Below are positions 30,227-43,660 of a stretch of DNA of 64,000 nt, one piece after another. The first letter of the stretch is position 1. Each line of letters begins with the position of its first letter. A program made the position numbers and the translations under genes. Below the pieces are notes generated by a model. That model was not told the origin of the DNA. It ran no database searches and worked only from the letters and a program-made list of their open reading frames with translations. The stretch comes from Candidatus Eiseniibacteriota bacterium (GTDB taxonomy: Bacteria > Eisenbacteria > RBG-16-71-46), in assembly GCA_038231135.1 (NCBI GenBank), contig JBBRLX010000004.1, forward strand, positions 1-64,000. Direction: 5' to 3'.

Positions 30227-30364
30227 CGGGCCCAACACCTGTTCTGGCGTCTTGCCCTGGATCATCCGATCCAGCATCTGGTCCAGCTCGTCATCCTTGC
30301 CATGAGAACCCTCCGTTCGAGGAAACTACCTCATGGCCACTTACACAGAAGACGTTACACTCCC
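30227..30364 (-). mobile_element. IS256-family remnant (left end plus about 25 codons of transposase)
   Basis: Minus strand begins GGGAGTGTAACGTCTTCTGTGTAAGT, an IS256-like end. Then GGAGG, ATG and a frameshifted DDELDQMLDRMIQGKTPEQVLG. Confidence 0.6.
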
Positions 30365-30377
30365 TTTCGGACGGAAC

Positions 30378-33158
<2,781 letters not shown>

Positions 33159-33168
33159 GGGCAGTCCA

Positions 33169-33762
33169 TCATCGATGCGGTGAAACGACGCGCGCCAGAC
33201 TCAGCAAACGCGAGCTGATGGCGAGGTGGGCGTGATCCGCGCCCGCCGGGTTGATTTCGAAGCGGATGCGATTGTCCTCGACGGTCAGGCCGATGATGCC
33301 GCCCTGGCGGGCGAAATCATTCGTGTCGCCGACCGTCAGCACCGGGAGCGCCTGCACGTCGTCGAGCACCTGCTTGCGTTCGTCGCGGTCGGAAGTCGCG
33401 ACGAACAGGATCTGACAGGGTGCCCGGTCGTGCACCTTGCGCCAGCGCCGGATCGCGATCTGCCGCCCGCCCACGGTCTTGCCCGCGAGCGTCCGTTCGA
33501 GAGCCTTGCCGAACGGGTCGTCGCCGACAATGCCGACCGTGAACGGCGCGTCGGGCGATGCGAACGATCCGGCCGGCCAGGTCACGAACTTGGCGAAGTT
33601 GAACAGCAGCGCCGCCTTTACTTCGTATTCGCTGGGTCCATCGGCCGCATGCGACGGGGCCGCGGCGGCGCACGCCCCGGACACGGCGCACAGCGCGATC
33701 AGGAGGGCAGACCGCACCCAGGGCCTGGGCTGTCGATGGGGTGTCACGACGCGCTGACTCAC
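33169..33762 (-). CDS. YfiR/HmsC family (DUF4154) periplasmic protein
   Basis: [32 protein letters not shown] and [15 protein letters not shown] motifs. Confidence 0.9.
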   Translation of the reverse strand: MSQRVVTPHRQPRPWVRSALLIALCAVSGACAAAAPSHAADGPSEYEVKAALLFNFAKFVTWPAGSFASPDAPFTVGIVGDDPFGKALERTLAGKTVGGRQIAIRRWRKVHDRAPCQILFVATSDRDERKQVLDDVQALPVLTVGDTNDFARQGGIIGLTVEDNRIRFEINPAGADHAHLAISSRLLSLARVVSPHR

Positions 33763-33764
33763 GA

Positions 33765-35906
33765 CTAGCGGTTCGACCCTAACAGGACCGAGACCCGGGC
33801 CGTGAAGCTGCGTTCGACCTGGGTGGGAATGAGGCCGGACTGCACACCATCATCCTCGTAGTGCCGGCGCTGGAGCAGGTTCATTCCCATCAAGCTCAGT
33901 TCGGCGCCGTCGCGGACCTGCCACGCCAGTCCGAGATCGAGCCGCGTATAGCCGGGCATGCTCTGGGAGGGTCGCCGCCCGATCTGGTAGGCGGTGGCAT
34001 CCCACCGCCAGCGGGGCGTGAACTGGAACTGGGACTGCAGCATGTACTGCTGGGCGGGCTCGTTGTTCTCGCCGCTGACCGAGCTCACGTCCTGGCTGCC
34101 CGGATCCAGATGGAGGCGCATCACGAGGCACGAGGCGTTGGCATTCAGCTTCCAGTTGCGGCTGACGCTCCAGGCGATCGACCCGCCAATTCCCCGCGTG
34201 TCGCCGTGCATCTTGTTCTCCCACGACTCGCGGACGTCGATGTGCGGAGTCGGCGTCGGCGAGAACGTCGACGAACCGGGCTCGACCGTCCGGAGCCGGC
34301 TGTATTCGTTGTAGTAGCTGCTGACGTCGAACATCACGGCGGGTGTGGGCGCGAATCGGTAGCCGGCCTCATAGGCAACGAGGATCTCGGATTGAAACGC
34401 CGAATCCCCGTAAATCGTCACCTCTGCCGGCGGCCCTCCGGTCGGCATGGTGGCGAGGTGGTAGCGAATGTCGTTCTCGGCGCGGGAGGGTGTGCGCACG
34501 GCCCTCGACACGGCTCCCCACAACGAGTGGCGTTCGCCCGGAGACCATTGCGCGCGTATCGACGGCTGCCATTCCGGGCGAGCCGAGGAGGCCGCGTCGT
34601 AAGAGCTCTCGACACGGGTGCCCAACGTCAGCCGCACGTGCCGGTTGTCGAGCACGATCTCGTCCTGGGCGAACGCGCTCAACATCGACCGTGCTTCGTG
34701 ATCGGGAGCGAAGTACAGCACCGCCGTGCTGTCCAGCCGGTCGCGAACGACGCGACCGCCCAAACCCCAGACGAACTCGCTGCGACCGTTCGAGACATGG
34801 TTCTTGAACTCGAGGTCGTAGGTCTCGACGTGGGACTGCAGCACGTCGTCGTTGCGATCGCTGACGTCCGTGTAGCCCTGGAGCGTGATGTCGGAGTATG
34901 CCGACAGTTTGCGCTGCCAGCTGGCCATCAGGTTGCCGCCCTTCACGGTCGTGCGGGGCGAGACCTGAAGCTTGTAGGGCGGCGAGTCGATCGCCTCGTA
35001 GATGGATTGACCGGCGTCGCCACTACGCAGGTCACCCGTCAGCGTCCACCGCGTGCGGTCCGAGACCGGTACGTCGGCGCGGAACCCGGCGTGAAGTCCG
35101 CTCCAGGAATCCCACGCGTTCTCGGCGGTTCCGGGTATGGCGGAACCCGCGCGACTCGCGCCCCGCGCGAATACGCGGAATGCGCCCCGCGTCCCCAGCG
35201 TCCCTCCCCAGCGCGCGGAACCGCCGCCGAGCTCCTCGTTGCCGGCGGCGGCGCCGAGCGCCGCGCCCCGGGTGTCGTGGGCGTCCCGGGTGATCACGTT
35301 GATGACGCCATTCATCGCATTGGCGCCCCACACCGACGCGCCGGGGCCGCGGATCACCTCGATGCGTTCGATGTCCTCGAGCAGCAGGTCCTGCTCATCC
35401 CAGTAGACCCCAGCGAAGATCGGCGAGTAGACGCTGCGACCGTCCACAAGCAGCAGCAGCTTGTTCGCGATGCGGCCGCTGAAGCCGCGCGCACTGATCG
35501 ACCAGATGTTGGCGTCGATGTGCGCGACCTGCATCTCCGGCACCATCCGCAGCACTTCGGCCAGCGTGGTCGCACCCGAAGCGCGGATCTGGTCCCGGCC
35601 GATCACGGTGATCGCCGAGGCCACGTTCGAGAGCACCTGCTCGTGGCGCGAGGCGGAGGTTACCTCGAGTTTCATCAGGTCTTCGAGGCCGATTCGCGTA
35701 AGGTCGGAAGCGTCTTCGACCGTGTCCGTTGCGGCTGCGGCGACCGGCATACCGATCGCGCAATGCGGCGCGACGACGACGGCGGCGGCGGCAAGCAGGA
35801 ATGCGCTCAGCAGGCCCCACGCGGTCGCGCGGGAAGGCATATCGAACGGGGTCGCGGCCTGCACGCGCGCAACCGGCGGCGGCCCGCCGACGTTCCAACG
35901 ATTCAT
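33765..35906 (-). CDS. TonB-dependent receptor
   Basis: LEDLMKLEVTSASR, plug motifs ISARGF, LLVDGRS and IERIEVIRGPGASVWGANA, followed by a beta-barrel. Confidence 0.92.
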   Translation of the reverse strand: MNRWNVGGPPPVARVQAATPFDMPSRATAWGLLSAFLLAAAAVVVAPHCAIGMPVAAAATDTVEDASDLTRIGLEDLMKLEVTSASRHEQVLSNVASAITVIGRDQIRASGATTLAEVLRMVPEMQVAHIDANIWSISARGFSGRIANKLLLLVDGRSVYSPIFAGVYWDEQDLLLEDIERIEVIRGPGASVWGANAMNGVINVITRDAHDTRGAALGAAAGNEELGGGSARWGGTLGTRGAFRVFARGASRAGSAIPGTAENAWDSWSGLHAGFRADVPVSDRTRWTLTGDLRSGDAGQSIYEAIDSPPYKLQVSPRTTVKGGNLMASWQRKLSAYSDITLQGYTDVSDRNDDVLQSHVETYDLEFKNHVSNGRSEFVWGLGGRVVRDRLDSTAVLYFAPDHEARSMLSAFAQDEIVLDNRHVRLTLGTRVESSYDAASSARPEWQPSIRAQWSPGERHSLWGAVSRAVRTPSRAENDIRYHLATMPTGGPPAEVTIYGDSAFQSEILVAYEAGYRFAPTPAVMFDVSSYYNEYSRLRTVEPGSSTFSPTPTPHIDVRESWENKMHGDTRGIGGSIAWSVSRNWKLNANASCLVMRLHLDPGSQDVSSVSGENNEPAQQYMLQSQFQFTPRWRWDATAYQIGRRPSQSMPGYTRLDLGLAWQVRDGAELSLMGMNLLQRRHYEDDGVQSGLIPTQVERSFTARVSVLLGSNR

Positions 35907-36275
35907 GATGGCTCCTCGATCGAATGGCGACTCGGGGAGCCGAAATAGCGCGGCCTATGCACTCCCGTCAGGTTACGTTGGGGGTATCGGCCCAGCGGGC
36001 GCGAAGAACCATGCGCGTTCATCAGCGAGCGTCAACTTCGCGACAACTTCCTGACCACGGCGCCTCGTTCCCCGCGTTCACGCTGCGTCCATCGGGCGTC
36101 TCGGTTGAAACGAAGGCCACTTCGGGACGAGTTCCCGGCGGCTCGCGGAGCGCGGGGCGCGCCCAGGGCGAGACGATCCCTGCGTACCGGACGCACCGTT
36201 CGCCTGCTAGACTGCGCCACGCAATCCACCGCCACCGCTCCAGTCCCAATTCGACCGCATCACCTCGAGGAGCTC

Positions 36276-39200
36276 ATGAAGCCGCAGCTCGCCGCCCTTG
36301 CAGCCGTGTGTGCCGGTGCCCTGATTGTCACGAGCTTGACCCACGCGGTTCCCGCCACGAGCCCGGCTCCGCACCCGACGCCGCACGCGGCCCCGGCGCA
36401 TGTCCGCATGGCCTCGGGCAGCGATACGCTGTTCAAGGCCTCGACGTTCGAGGGTCTCGCGTTCCGCAGCATCGGCCCCGCGGTCAATTCGGGGCGCGTG
36501 GTCGACATCGCGGTGGCGCCGAACGACAAGTACACCTGGTACATCGCGGTCGCGTGCGGCGGCATCTGGAAGACAACCAACGCCGGCACCACATGGGATC
36601 CGGTGTTCGACCACGAGAAGTCGTTCTCGACCGGCTGCGTGGCGATCGACCCCCGCCATCCGCTCACAGTGTGGGTGGGGTCCGGCGAGAACAACAGCCA
36701 GCGCAGCGTCGCGTACGGCGACGGCGTCTACAAGTCCCTGGACGGCGGCCGGCACTGGAAGAACGTCGGACTCCAGAGCTCGGAACACATCGGCAAGATC
36801 CTGATCGACCCGCGCAACTCCGACATCGTGTACGTCGCGTCGCAGGGGCCGCTGTGGAACACCGGGGGGGAGCGCGGTCTCTACAAGACGACGGACGGCG
36901 GGAAGACGTGGAACCGCGTGCTCGCGATCGATGACCGCACCGGCGTCGCCGACATTGCATTCGATCCGCGCGACCCCGACGTGATCTACGCGGCCGCCTA
37001 CGAGCGGCACCGACGGGTATGGACGCTGATCGGCGGCGGACCGGGCTCGGGGCTGCACAAGAGCACCGACGGCGGGAAGACGTGGACCAGGCTCACCAAC
37101 GGCCTGCCCAAGGACGACCTGGGGCGCATCGGCATCGCGGTGTCGCCGGTAAATCCCGACTACGTGTACGCGCTGGTCGAGGCGGCCGGCAAGACCGGCG
37201 GGGCGTACCGATCCACCGACGGCGGCGGCACGTTCGAGAGGATGAGCGACTATCAGACGACGGGCGGGCAGTACTACGAGGAGCTGGTCGCCGACCCGAA
37301 GACGCTCGATCGCGTGTATTCCATGGACACGTTCATGCAGGTGACGAACGACGGCGGCAAGTCGTGGCATCGGGCGGGAGAGAAGTTCAAGCACGTCGAC
37401 AACCACGCGATCTGGATCGACCCCGACGACACCGACCACCTGCTGGTGGGCTGCGACGGCGGGCTCTACGAGAGCTTCGACCGCGCGACGACGTGGAACT
37501 TCAAGGCGAACCTGCCCATCACCCAGTTCTATCGTGTCTCGGTCGACAACGCGCTGCCGTTCTACAATGTGTACGGCGGCACGCAGGACAACAACTCGCT
37601 GGGCGGCCCGTCGCGGACCACGAACCAGCACGGCATCCGCAATTCCGACTGGTTCGTCACGATGGGCGGCGACGGCTTCCAGAGCCAGGCCGATCCCGAG
37701 GATCCCAACACGGTCTACGCCGAGGCCCAGTATGGCGAACTGGACCGGTTCGACCGCGCGACCGGCGAGAAGGTGATGATCCAGCCGCAGCCCGGCCCCG
37801 ACGAGGATCCGCAGCGCTGGAACTGGGATTCGCCGCTGATCATCAGCCCTCATTCGCACACCCGCCTGTACTTCGCGTCGCAGCGGCTGTGGCGCAGTGA
37901 CGACCGCGGCGACTCGTGGCGCGCGGTGAGCCCGGATCTGACGCGCAAGCTCGATCGGAACCGGTTTTCGGTCGCGAACCGCATGTGGAGCGTCGACGAG
38001 GTCGCGAAGAACGCCTCGACATCGTTCTACGGCAACCTGGTGTCGATCGCCGAGTCACCGCAGCAGGAGGGACTGCTGTATCTCGGCACCGACGACGGGC
38101 TCGTGCAGGTCAGCGAGGACGGCGGCGCCCACTGGCGGCGGACCGAGCGGTTCCCCGGCGTTCCCGATCGCACGTACGTGTCGCGGCTGTCCGCGTCGGA
38201 GCACGATGCGAACGTCGTGTACGCAGCGTTCGACAACCATAAGAACGGCGACTTCAAGCCCTACGTGCTGAAGAGCGCCGATCGCGGCCGGAGCTGGAGC
38301 TCGATCGCCGGCAACCTGCCGGCGCGCGGCACGGTGTACTGCGTGATCGAGGATCCGGTCGACGCCAAGCTGCTGTTCGCGGGCACCGAGTTCGGCGCGT
38401 TCTTCTCGGCCGACGGCGGCCGCCGCTGGAGCCAGCTCAAGGGCGGGATGCCGACGATCCAGGTGCGCGACATCGTCGTCCAGAAGCGCGAGAACGACCT
38501 CGTGATCGCCACGTTCGGGCGCGGATTCTACGTGCTCGACGACATCACGCCGCTGCGCACCGTCACGGGTGACCAGCTCGCCAGTGATGCCGCGCTGTTC
38601 CCGGTTGCGAACGCGCGGATGTACGTGCCGGACTCGCCGCTCGGCGGGCGCGAGAAGTCGCAGCAGGGACACGCGCTCTACGAAGCGCCGAATCCACCGT
38701 TCGGCGCGACCTTCACGTATTACTTGAAGCGTGATCTCAAGACTCGCAAGAAGCTGCGCGTCGAGCAGGAGCGCGCCGAGATCGAGAAGAAGCGCGACGT
38801 CTACTACCCGTCCTGGGACAGCCTCAAGACCGAGGACCGCGAGGAGGACCCGGCGATCGTGCTGACGGTGGCCGACGAGGAGGGCCACGTCGTGCGCACC
38901 CTCACCGGCCCCGCGACGGCGGGGTTCCAGCGCGTCGCCTGGGACCTGCGCTATCCGGCGCCGGATCCGGTGCGTCTCAAGGCGCCCGAAGAGTTGTCGC
39001 CGTTCAACGATCCCCCGTTCGGTCCGATGGCGGCTCCCGGCAGCTACCTCGTGACGCTGTCGAAGCGCGTGGACGGGAAACTCGCTCCGCTCGCAGGCCC
39101 GGTCAAGTTCACCGCCACTCCGCTCGGCAGCTCGACCGTGCCGCTCGCGAATCGCACCGAGTCGCTGGAGTTCGAGCGCCGGACCGCCCGGCTTCAGCGC

Positions 39201-39626
39201 GCGGTGCTGGGCGCCACCCAGGTCGCCGAGGAGACCCGGACACGCCTCGCCACCCTCAAGAAGGGGATCGACGAGACCCCGGGCGCGGCTCCCGAGCTCG
39301 CGGCGCGCGTCAGGAGCCTCGAGGGCCGGCTGGAGGATATGATCGCGGAGCTGTCGGGCGATCCGGTGCGCGCCAAGCGCAACGAGCCGACGCTGCCCGG
39401 CATCGCGGATCGGGTGGGCCGCATCATCGACAGCCACTGGCGTTCGAGCGGACTGCCGCCGGCGACCGCGCGGAGCGACTACGACATCGCGTCCACGCAG
39501 TTCGGCAAGACGCTCGCGAAGCTGCGCGAGCTCGTTGATACCGACCTCGTGAAGCTCGAGGCGGACGCCGAATCCGCGGGCACGCCCTGGACGCCGGGCC
39601 GGCTGCCGACCTGGAGCGGCGAATAG
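36276..39626 (+). CDS. Secreted VPS10/BNR-repeat beta-propeller protein (glycosyl hydrolase-like)
   Basis: Signal peptide and GAGGAG RBS. FRSIGPA..SGR and many S/T-x-D-x-G-x-T/S-W BNR repeats. C-terminal coiled region. Confidence 0.9.
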   Translation: MKPQLAALAAVCAGALIVTSLTHAVPATSPAPHPTPHAAPAHVRMASGSDTLFKASTFEGLAFRSIGPAVNSGRVVDIAVAPNDKYTWYIAVACGGIWKTTNAGTTWDPVFDHEKSFSTGCVAIDPRHPLTVWVGSGENNSQRSVAYGDGVYKSLDGGRHWKNVGLQSSEHIGKILIDPRNSDIVYVASQGPLWNTGGERGLYKTTDGGKTWNRVLAIDDRTGVADIAFDPRDPDVIYAAAYERHRRVWTLIGGGPGSGLHKSTDGGKTWTRLTNGLPKDDLGRIGIAVSPVNPDYVYALVEAAGKTGGAYRSTDGGGTFERMSDYQTTGGQYYEELVADPKTLDRVYSMDTFMQVTNDGGKSWHRAGEKFKHVDNHAIWIDPDDTDHLLVGCDGGLYESFDRATTWNFKANLPITQFYRVSVDNALPFYNVYGGTQDNNSLGGPSRTTNQHGIRNSDWFVTMGGDGFQSQADPEDPNTVYAEAQYGELDRFDRATGEKVMIQPQPGPDEDPQRWNWDSPLIISPHSHTRLYFASQRLWRSDDRGDSWRAVSPDLTRKLDRNRFSVANRMWSVDEVAKNASTSFYGNLVSIAESPQQEGLLYLGTDDGLVQVSEDGGAHWRRTERFPGVPDRTYVSRLSASEHDANVVYAAFDNHKNGDFKPYVLKSADRGRSWSSIAGNLPARGTVYCVIEDPVDAKLLFAGTEFGAFFSADGGRRWSQLKGGMPTIQVRDIVVQKRENDLVIATFGRGFYVLDDITPLRTVTGDQLASDAALFPVANARMYVPDSPLGGREKSQQGHALYEAPNPPFGATFTYYLKRDLKTRKKLRVEQERAEIEKKRDVYYPSWDSLKTEDREEDPAIVLTVADEEGHVVRTLTGPATAGFQRVAWDLRYPAPDPVRLKAPEELSPFNDPPFGPMAAPGSYLVTLSKRVDGKLAPLAGPVKFTATPLGSSTVPLANRTESLEFERRTARLQRAVLGATQVAEETRTRLATLKKGIDETPGAAPELAARVRSLEGRLEDMIAELSGDPVRAKRNEPTLPGIADRVGRIIDSHWRSSGLPPATARSDYDIASTQFGKTLAKLRELVDTDLVKLEADAESAGTPWTPGRLPTWSGE

Positions 39627-42179
39627 ATGACGGGCGTGCGCCTGTTGGTTCCACGGAAGCTCGCGGCCGCGATTCGCGCCGCCGTGCTGCTCGCCCTAGT
39701 CGCCACCGCCGTCGCCGCGGCGGCTTCGACCGCCACCCGACCCGTGCCGCATGGGCAGCACGTACCGCTCACCGCCGGCGCGCGCCCTGCGCCGGGCGAC
39801 CTCGCCGCACACGTGCCGCGCGCGCAGCCCGGCCCCGCGGGCCGGGGCCGCGTGCGTCTGCCGAACGGCTGGTACCTGTCGCCGTCGGGCCGGCAGGTGG
39901 CGGTGGGTGATTTTCCGATGGGACTCGCCGTCAGTCCCGATGGCCGGTTCGCGGCCGTGACTCACAGCGGCTGGCATGCCCGGGGCCTCGACCTCGTCGA
40001 CCTGCGCTCGGGCACACGCATCATGACCGTGCCGCTCAAGGACACCTGGCTCGGCGTGACGTTCTGCGACGCCGGCCGCATGCTCGCGGTGGCGGCCGGC
40101 ACCACGAATCGCGTGCGGCTCTACACCATGACGGACGGCCGCGCGACGTTCGCCGACACGATCGTCGTGGGCCCGCCATGGTCCGCGGGCGGCCAGTATC
40201 CGCAGGGGAAGCACCTCGACTACGGACCGGGCGCGATCTGGAGCACCGGGCTGGCGGCCGACGACGCACGCGGACGGCTGTACGCCGTGTCACGCCTCGA
40301 CTCGGCGCTCAACGTGCTCGACTTGGGGCAGCGCAGGATGCAGCGCCGCGTTCCGCTCGGCGCCGTGCCCTATACGTGTCTCGCCTCGCGCGATGGCGCC
40401 CGTGTCTATGTGTCGCTGTGGAGCGCCGCCCGCGTCGCGGTCGTGGACGCCGTCACGTTCGAGGTGCGCCGCACGATCGCGGTGGGCGCCCATCCCACCG
40501 ATCTCGCCGAGACCCCCGACGGCCGCCGGATCTTCGTCGCGAACGCGAACGAGAATACCGTGTCGGTGGTCGATCTCGCCGCCGGCCGCACCGTCGAGAC
40601 GCTGCGCACCTCGCGCGACCCGCACGAGCCGGCCGGGACCACGCCGAACGGCCTCGCCCTGGACGCCCTGGGCCGGCGGTTGTACGTCGCGAACGCCGGG
40701 GCCAATCACGTCGCCGTGTTCGACGTCCGCCGGCCCGGAGCGTCGCGGTCGATCGGCTTCGTGCCGGTGGGCTGGTATCCGACGGGAATCCGTCTCGTGC
40801 CCGGGCGGCACGCGCTGGTGGTGACGAACGGCAAGGGTGGGGGCTCCGCGCCGAGCACGGGCGGTGACCCAGACACCGCGGCATGGTGCAACTACATCTC
40901 GTACAGCCCGTCCTCGCGCGGCAGCCTGTCGCTGCTGCCCGAACCCGACCCGGCGTCGCTGGCCACCGCCACGCGCCGCGTGCTCGCGAACACGCCGCCG
41001 GTGCGGCTACGCGGCCGCACGCCGCGGCCGCCGATCCGCCACGTGTTCTACATCCTCAAGGAGAACCGCTCGTACGATCAGGTGCTCGGCGATATGCCGC
41101 AGGGCGCCGGTGATTCGTCGCTGTGTCTGTTCGGCGCACGCGTGACCCCCAACCACCATGCGCTGGCGCGCGAGTTCGTGCTGCTCGACAACACCTATTG
41201 CGATTCGGACGGCAGCGCCGACGGCCACAACTGGGGCATGGGCGCCTACGCCACCGACTACGTCATCAAGGGCGAGCCGAACAACCCGATCTATGATTTC
41301 GAAGGCGGCAATCCGCTCGCGTATCCCCAGGCCGGCTACCTGTGGGACCTGTGCGCGCGGCACGGCGTGTCGTATCGCAGCTACGGCGAATTCGTGTTCA
41401 ACGGGCCGACCCACGGCGACACCGTGACGGCCGGCATGGCGGGGCTGGCCGGCCACATCGCGCCGCGCTATCTCGGCTTCGACATGAGCTACTCCGACCT
41501 CGACCGGCAGCGCGCGTGGCTCGAGGAGTTCGACCGCTTCGATCGCGACGGCGGCCTGCCGCAGCTCAGCATCATCCGGCTGCCGAACGATCATTCCGAG
41601 GGCACGTGCAGCGGCCGTCCGACGCCGCGCGCCCACGTGGCGGAGAACGACCTCGCGCTGGGGCTGATCGTCGAACGCATCAGCCACAGCCGCTACTGGA
41701 GGAACTCGTTGATCCTCGTGATCGAGGACGACGCTTCGAACGGGCAGGACCACGTCGACGGCCACCGCACCGTGGCGCTCGCCGCGGGACCGTACGTGAA
41801 ACGCGGCGTGATCGACAGCGGCCTGTACACGAACTGCAGCGTGCTCCGCTGCATCGAGGACGTGTTCGGGCTGCCGCCGATGTCGCAGTTCGACGCCCGT
41901 GCCAACGGGCTCGAGGGCATCTTCCGCACGACCCCCGACCTGGCCCCGTTCACGCACCGCGCGGCACTGGTGGACGTCGACGAGCGGAATCTGGCGGGTG
42001 CGTTCGGGCAGGCGGACAGCGACGCGATGAACTTCCGGGTCGCGGACGACGTCCCCAACGACGTGCTCAACGCGATCCTGTGGCACTCGGTGCGCGGGGT
42101 TCAGGCGCCGCTGCCGCCGGTCGTGCGCAGCGGCTTCACGCTGGGCGCGGGCCACGCGGCGGCCGATGACGACGAGTGA
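39627..42179 (+). CDS. YncE-like beta-propeller fused to a phosphoesterase/alkaline phosphatase-superfamily domain
   Basis: LPNGW.LSP and YVANA repeats. IRHVFYILKENRSYDQVLGD, SADGHNW, LPNDH and EDD..GQDHVDGHR motifs. Confidence 0.88.
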   Translation: MTGVRLLVPRKLAAAIRAAVLLALVATAVAAAASTATRPVPHGQHVPLTAGARPAPGDLAAHVPRAQPGPAGRGRVRLPNGWYLSPSGRQVAVGDFPMGLAVSPDGRFAAVTHSGWHARGLDLVDLRSGTRIMTVPLKDTWLGVTFCDAGRMLAVAAGTTNRVRLYTMTDGRATFADTIVVGPPWSAGGQYPQGKHLDYGPGAIWSTGLAADDARGRLYAVSRLDSALNVLDLGQRRMQRRVPLGAVPYTCLASRDGARVYVSLWSAARVAVVDAVTFEVRRTIAVGAHPTDLAETPDGRRIFVANANENTVSVVDLAAGRTVETLRTSRDPHEPAGTTPNGLALDALGRRLYVANAGANHVAVFDVRRPGASRSIGFVPVGWYPTGIRLVPGRHALVVTNGKGGGSAPSTGGDPDTAAWCNYISYSPSSRGSLSLLPEPDPASLATATRRVLANTPPVRLRGRTPRPPIRHVFYILKENRSYDQVLGDMPQGAGDSSLCLFGARVTPNHHALAREFVLLDNTYCDSDGSADGHNWGMGAYATDYVIKGEPNNPIYDFEGGNPLAYPQAGYLWDLCARHGVSYRSYGEFVFNGPTHGDTVTAGMAGLAGHIAPRYLGFDMSYSDLDRQRAWLEEFDRFDRDGGLPQLSIIRLPNDHSEGTCSGRPTPRAHVAENDLALGLIVERISHSRYWRNSLILVIEDDASNGQDHVDGHRTVALAAGPYVKRGVIDSGLYTNCSVLRCIEDVFGLPPMSQFDARANGLEGIFRTTPDLAPFTHRAALVDVDERNLAGAFGQADSDAMNFRVADDVPNDVLNAILWHSVRGVQAPLPPVVRSGFTLGAGHAAADDDE

Positions 42180-42236
42180 CGAAACCTTGAGCGGGCGGGC
42201 GGGCCATGGGCTCGAAGCCGGCCGCGCTGCCGCCGC

Positions 42237-42992
42237 TCAGCTCGCTTCGTCGATGATGACCGGGTCGTCCTGTTCCGCGAGGCGGGGGAGGTCCTCGAAC
42301 GCCAGTTGATGGCCGGAGCGCGCGGCCTTGGTCTCGAGGTAGAACCGGTTCCACTCCGTCGCCGGGATGATGTGCGGGATGCGGCCCGTGACCTTGATGC
42401 CGAGCTGTTCGAGCTGCAGGATCTTGTTGGGGTTGTTCGTCATCAACCGGATCGAGCCGATGTTGAGGCTCGCGATCATGTGCGCCGCGACGGCGTAGTC
42501 GCGCTCGTCGTCACGAAATCCGAGCGCGAGGTTGGCATCGACGGTGTCGAGCCCGCGATCCTGCAGGGCGTAGGCGCGGATCTTGTTGATCAGGCCGATG
42601 CCCCGACCCTCCTGGCGCATGTACAGCACCATCCCGCGCTCCATGGTGGCGATGTGGCGCAGCGCCACCTCGAGCTGGTCGCGGCAATCGCACCGCATCG
42701 AACCGATCACGTCGCCCGTGAGGCATTCGGAGTGGAGCCGGACCGGCAGGTCCTCGGCGCCCATCACGTCGCCGTGGACCAGCGCGACGTGTTCCTTGGC
42801 GTCCCGGTTGTTCCAGAACGCGATGATCCGGAAGTTTCCGAACCGGCTCGGGAGGTTCGCGACGGCCTCCACCCTGACGCACACGTGATGGGCGCCAAAG
42901 CCGCTGCAGTCGTGGTCCCGGTCGCGCTCGACCAGGTCGTCGAGCGTCGCAACCCGGGGGATCCCGGAGCATGGCGGTTGGGTCATGCGCAT
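42237..42992 (-). CDS. ribA: GTP cyclohydrolase II
   Basis: VRLHSECLTGD..GSMRCDC, QEGRGIGL.NK..AY.LQD.GLDTV.AN and LMTNNP.K motifs. Confidence 0.93.
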   Translation of the reverse strand: MRMTQPPCSGIPRVATLDDLVERDRDHDCSGFGAHHVCVRVEAVANLPSRFGNFRIIAFWNNRDAKEHVALVHGDVMGAEDLPVRLHSECLTGDVIGSMRCDCRDQLEVALRHIATMERGMVLYMRQEGRGIGLINKIRAYALQDRGLDTVDANLALGFRDDERDYAVAAHMIASLNIGSIRLMTNNPNKILQLEQLGIKVTGRIPHIIPATEWNRFYLETKAARSGHQLAFEDLPRLAEQDDPVIIDEAS

Positions 42993-43088
42993 GACTGTAT
43001 CACGCATGGGCACTGCGGCCAGGCGCCGGCCCACGGTGGGCTGCGGACCCGTTGCGGGTTCCGCGGCGCGGTCAGCGATCGCGCGCGG

Positions 43089-43660
43089 TCATCCGTGTCC
43101 GGGCTTCTTGTCCTTCCCGGTGCGCGGCCGCTCGAAGTGTGCAATCAGAGTCTGGAATCGCGCGTCGGATCGCAGCGGATCGAGATCGCCGTCGGTCCAC
43201 ACCTGGCTTTGAATCTCGAACCCGGCGTTGGCCGCCTGCGCCAGCCAGCGCAGCGCGCCGCCCACGTCGCCGGTCCGCGCCGCGGAGCACGCCAGATTGT
43301 AGCGGGTGGTCGGTCGCCGGTAGCCGGGCGCCAGCGCCCGAGAGAACGCAGCCGTGCCCGCATCGCCATCCCGGGTCCGCAACTGCGCATAGCCGAGATT
43401 GAACCACGCGCGCCCGGCGTCCGGGTGCCGCTGCGCGACCCCTTCGAAGTGCGGCACGCCGCGCCGCCAGCCGGAGCGATCGTCGTCGGACCGGAACGGC
43501 TCGAGGGACAGGTCGCGGGCCAGCGCGATCATCCGCCCGAAGCGCGGGTCGCGGTGCAGGTTGTCGAGGTCCGAGTCCTGCTCCGTGTGGTCCGGATTCC
43601 CCGAGCCCTCGCGGATCGAGCGCTCGAGCCCCTCGAACGCGCCGTCCAGGCCGGGGGCGG
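43089..43660 (-). pseudogene. N-terminally truncated TPR-repeat protein
   Basis: AWFNLGYA, YNLACS and twice D.DL..L..D.RF (TPR end-of-group). No credible start; it abuts the stop of the upstream gene. Confidence 0.55.
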
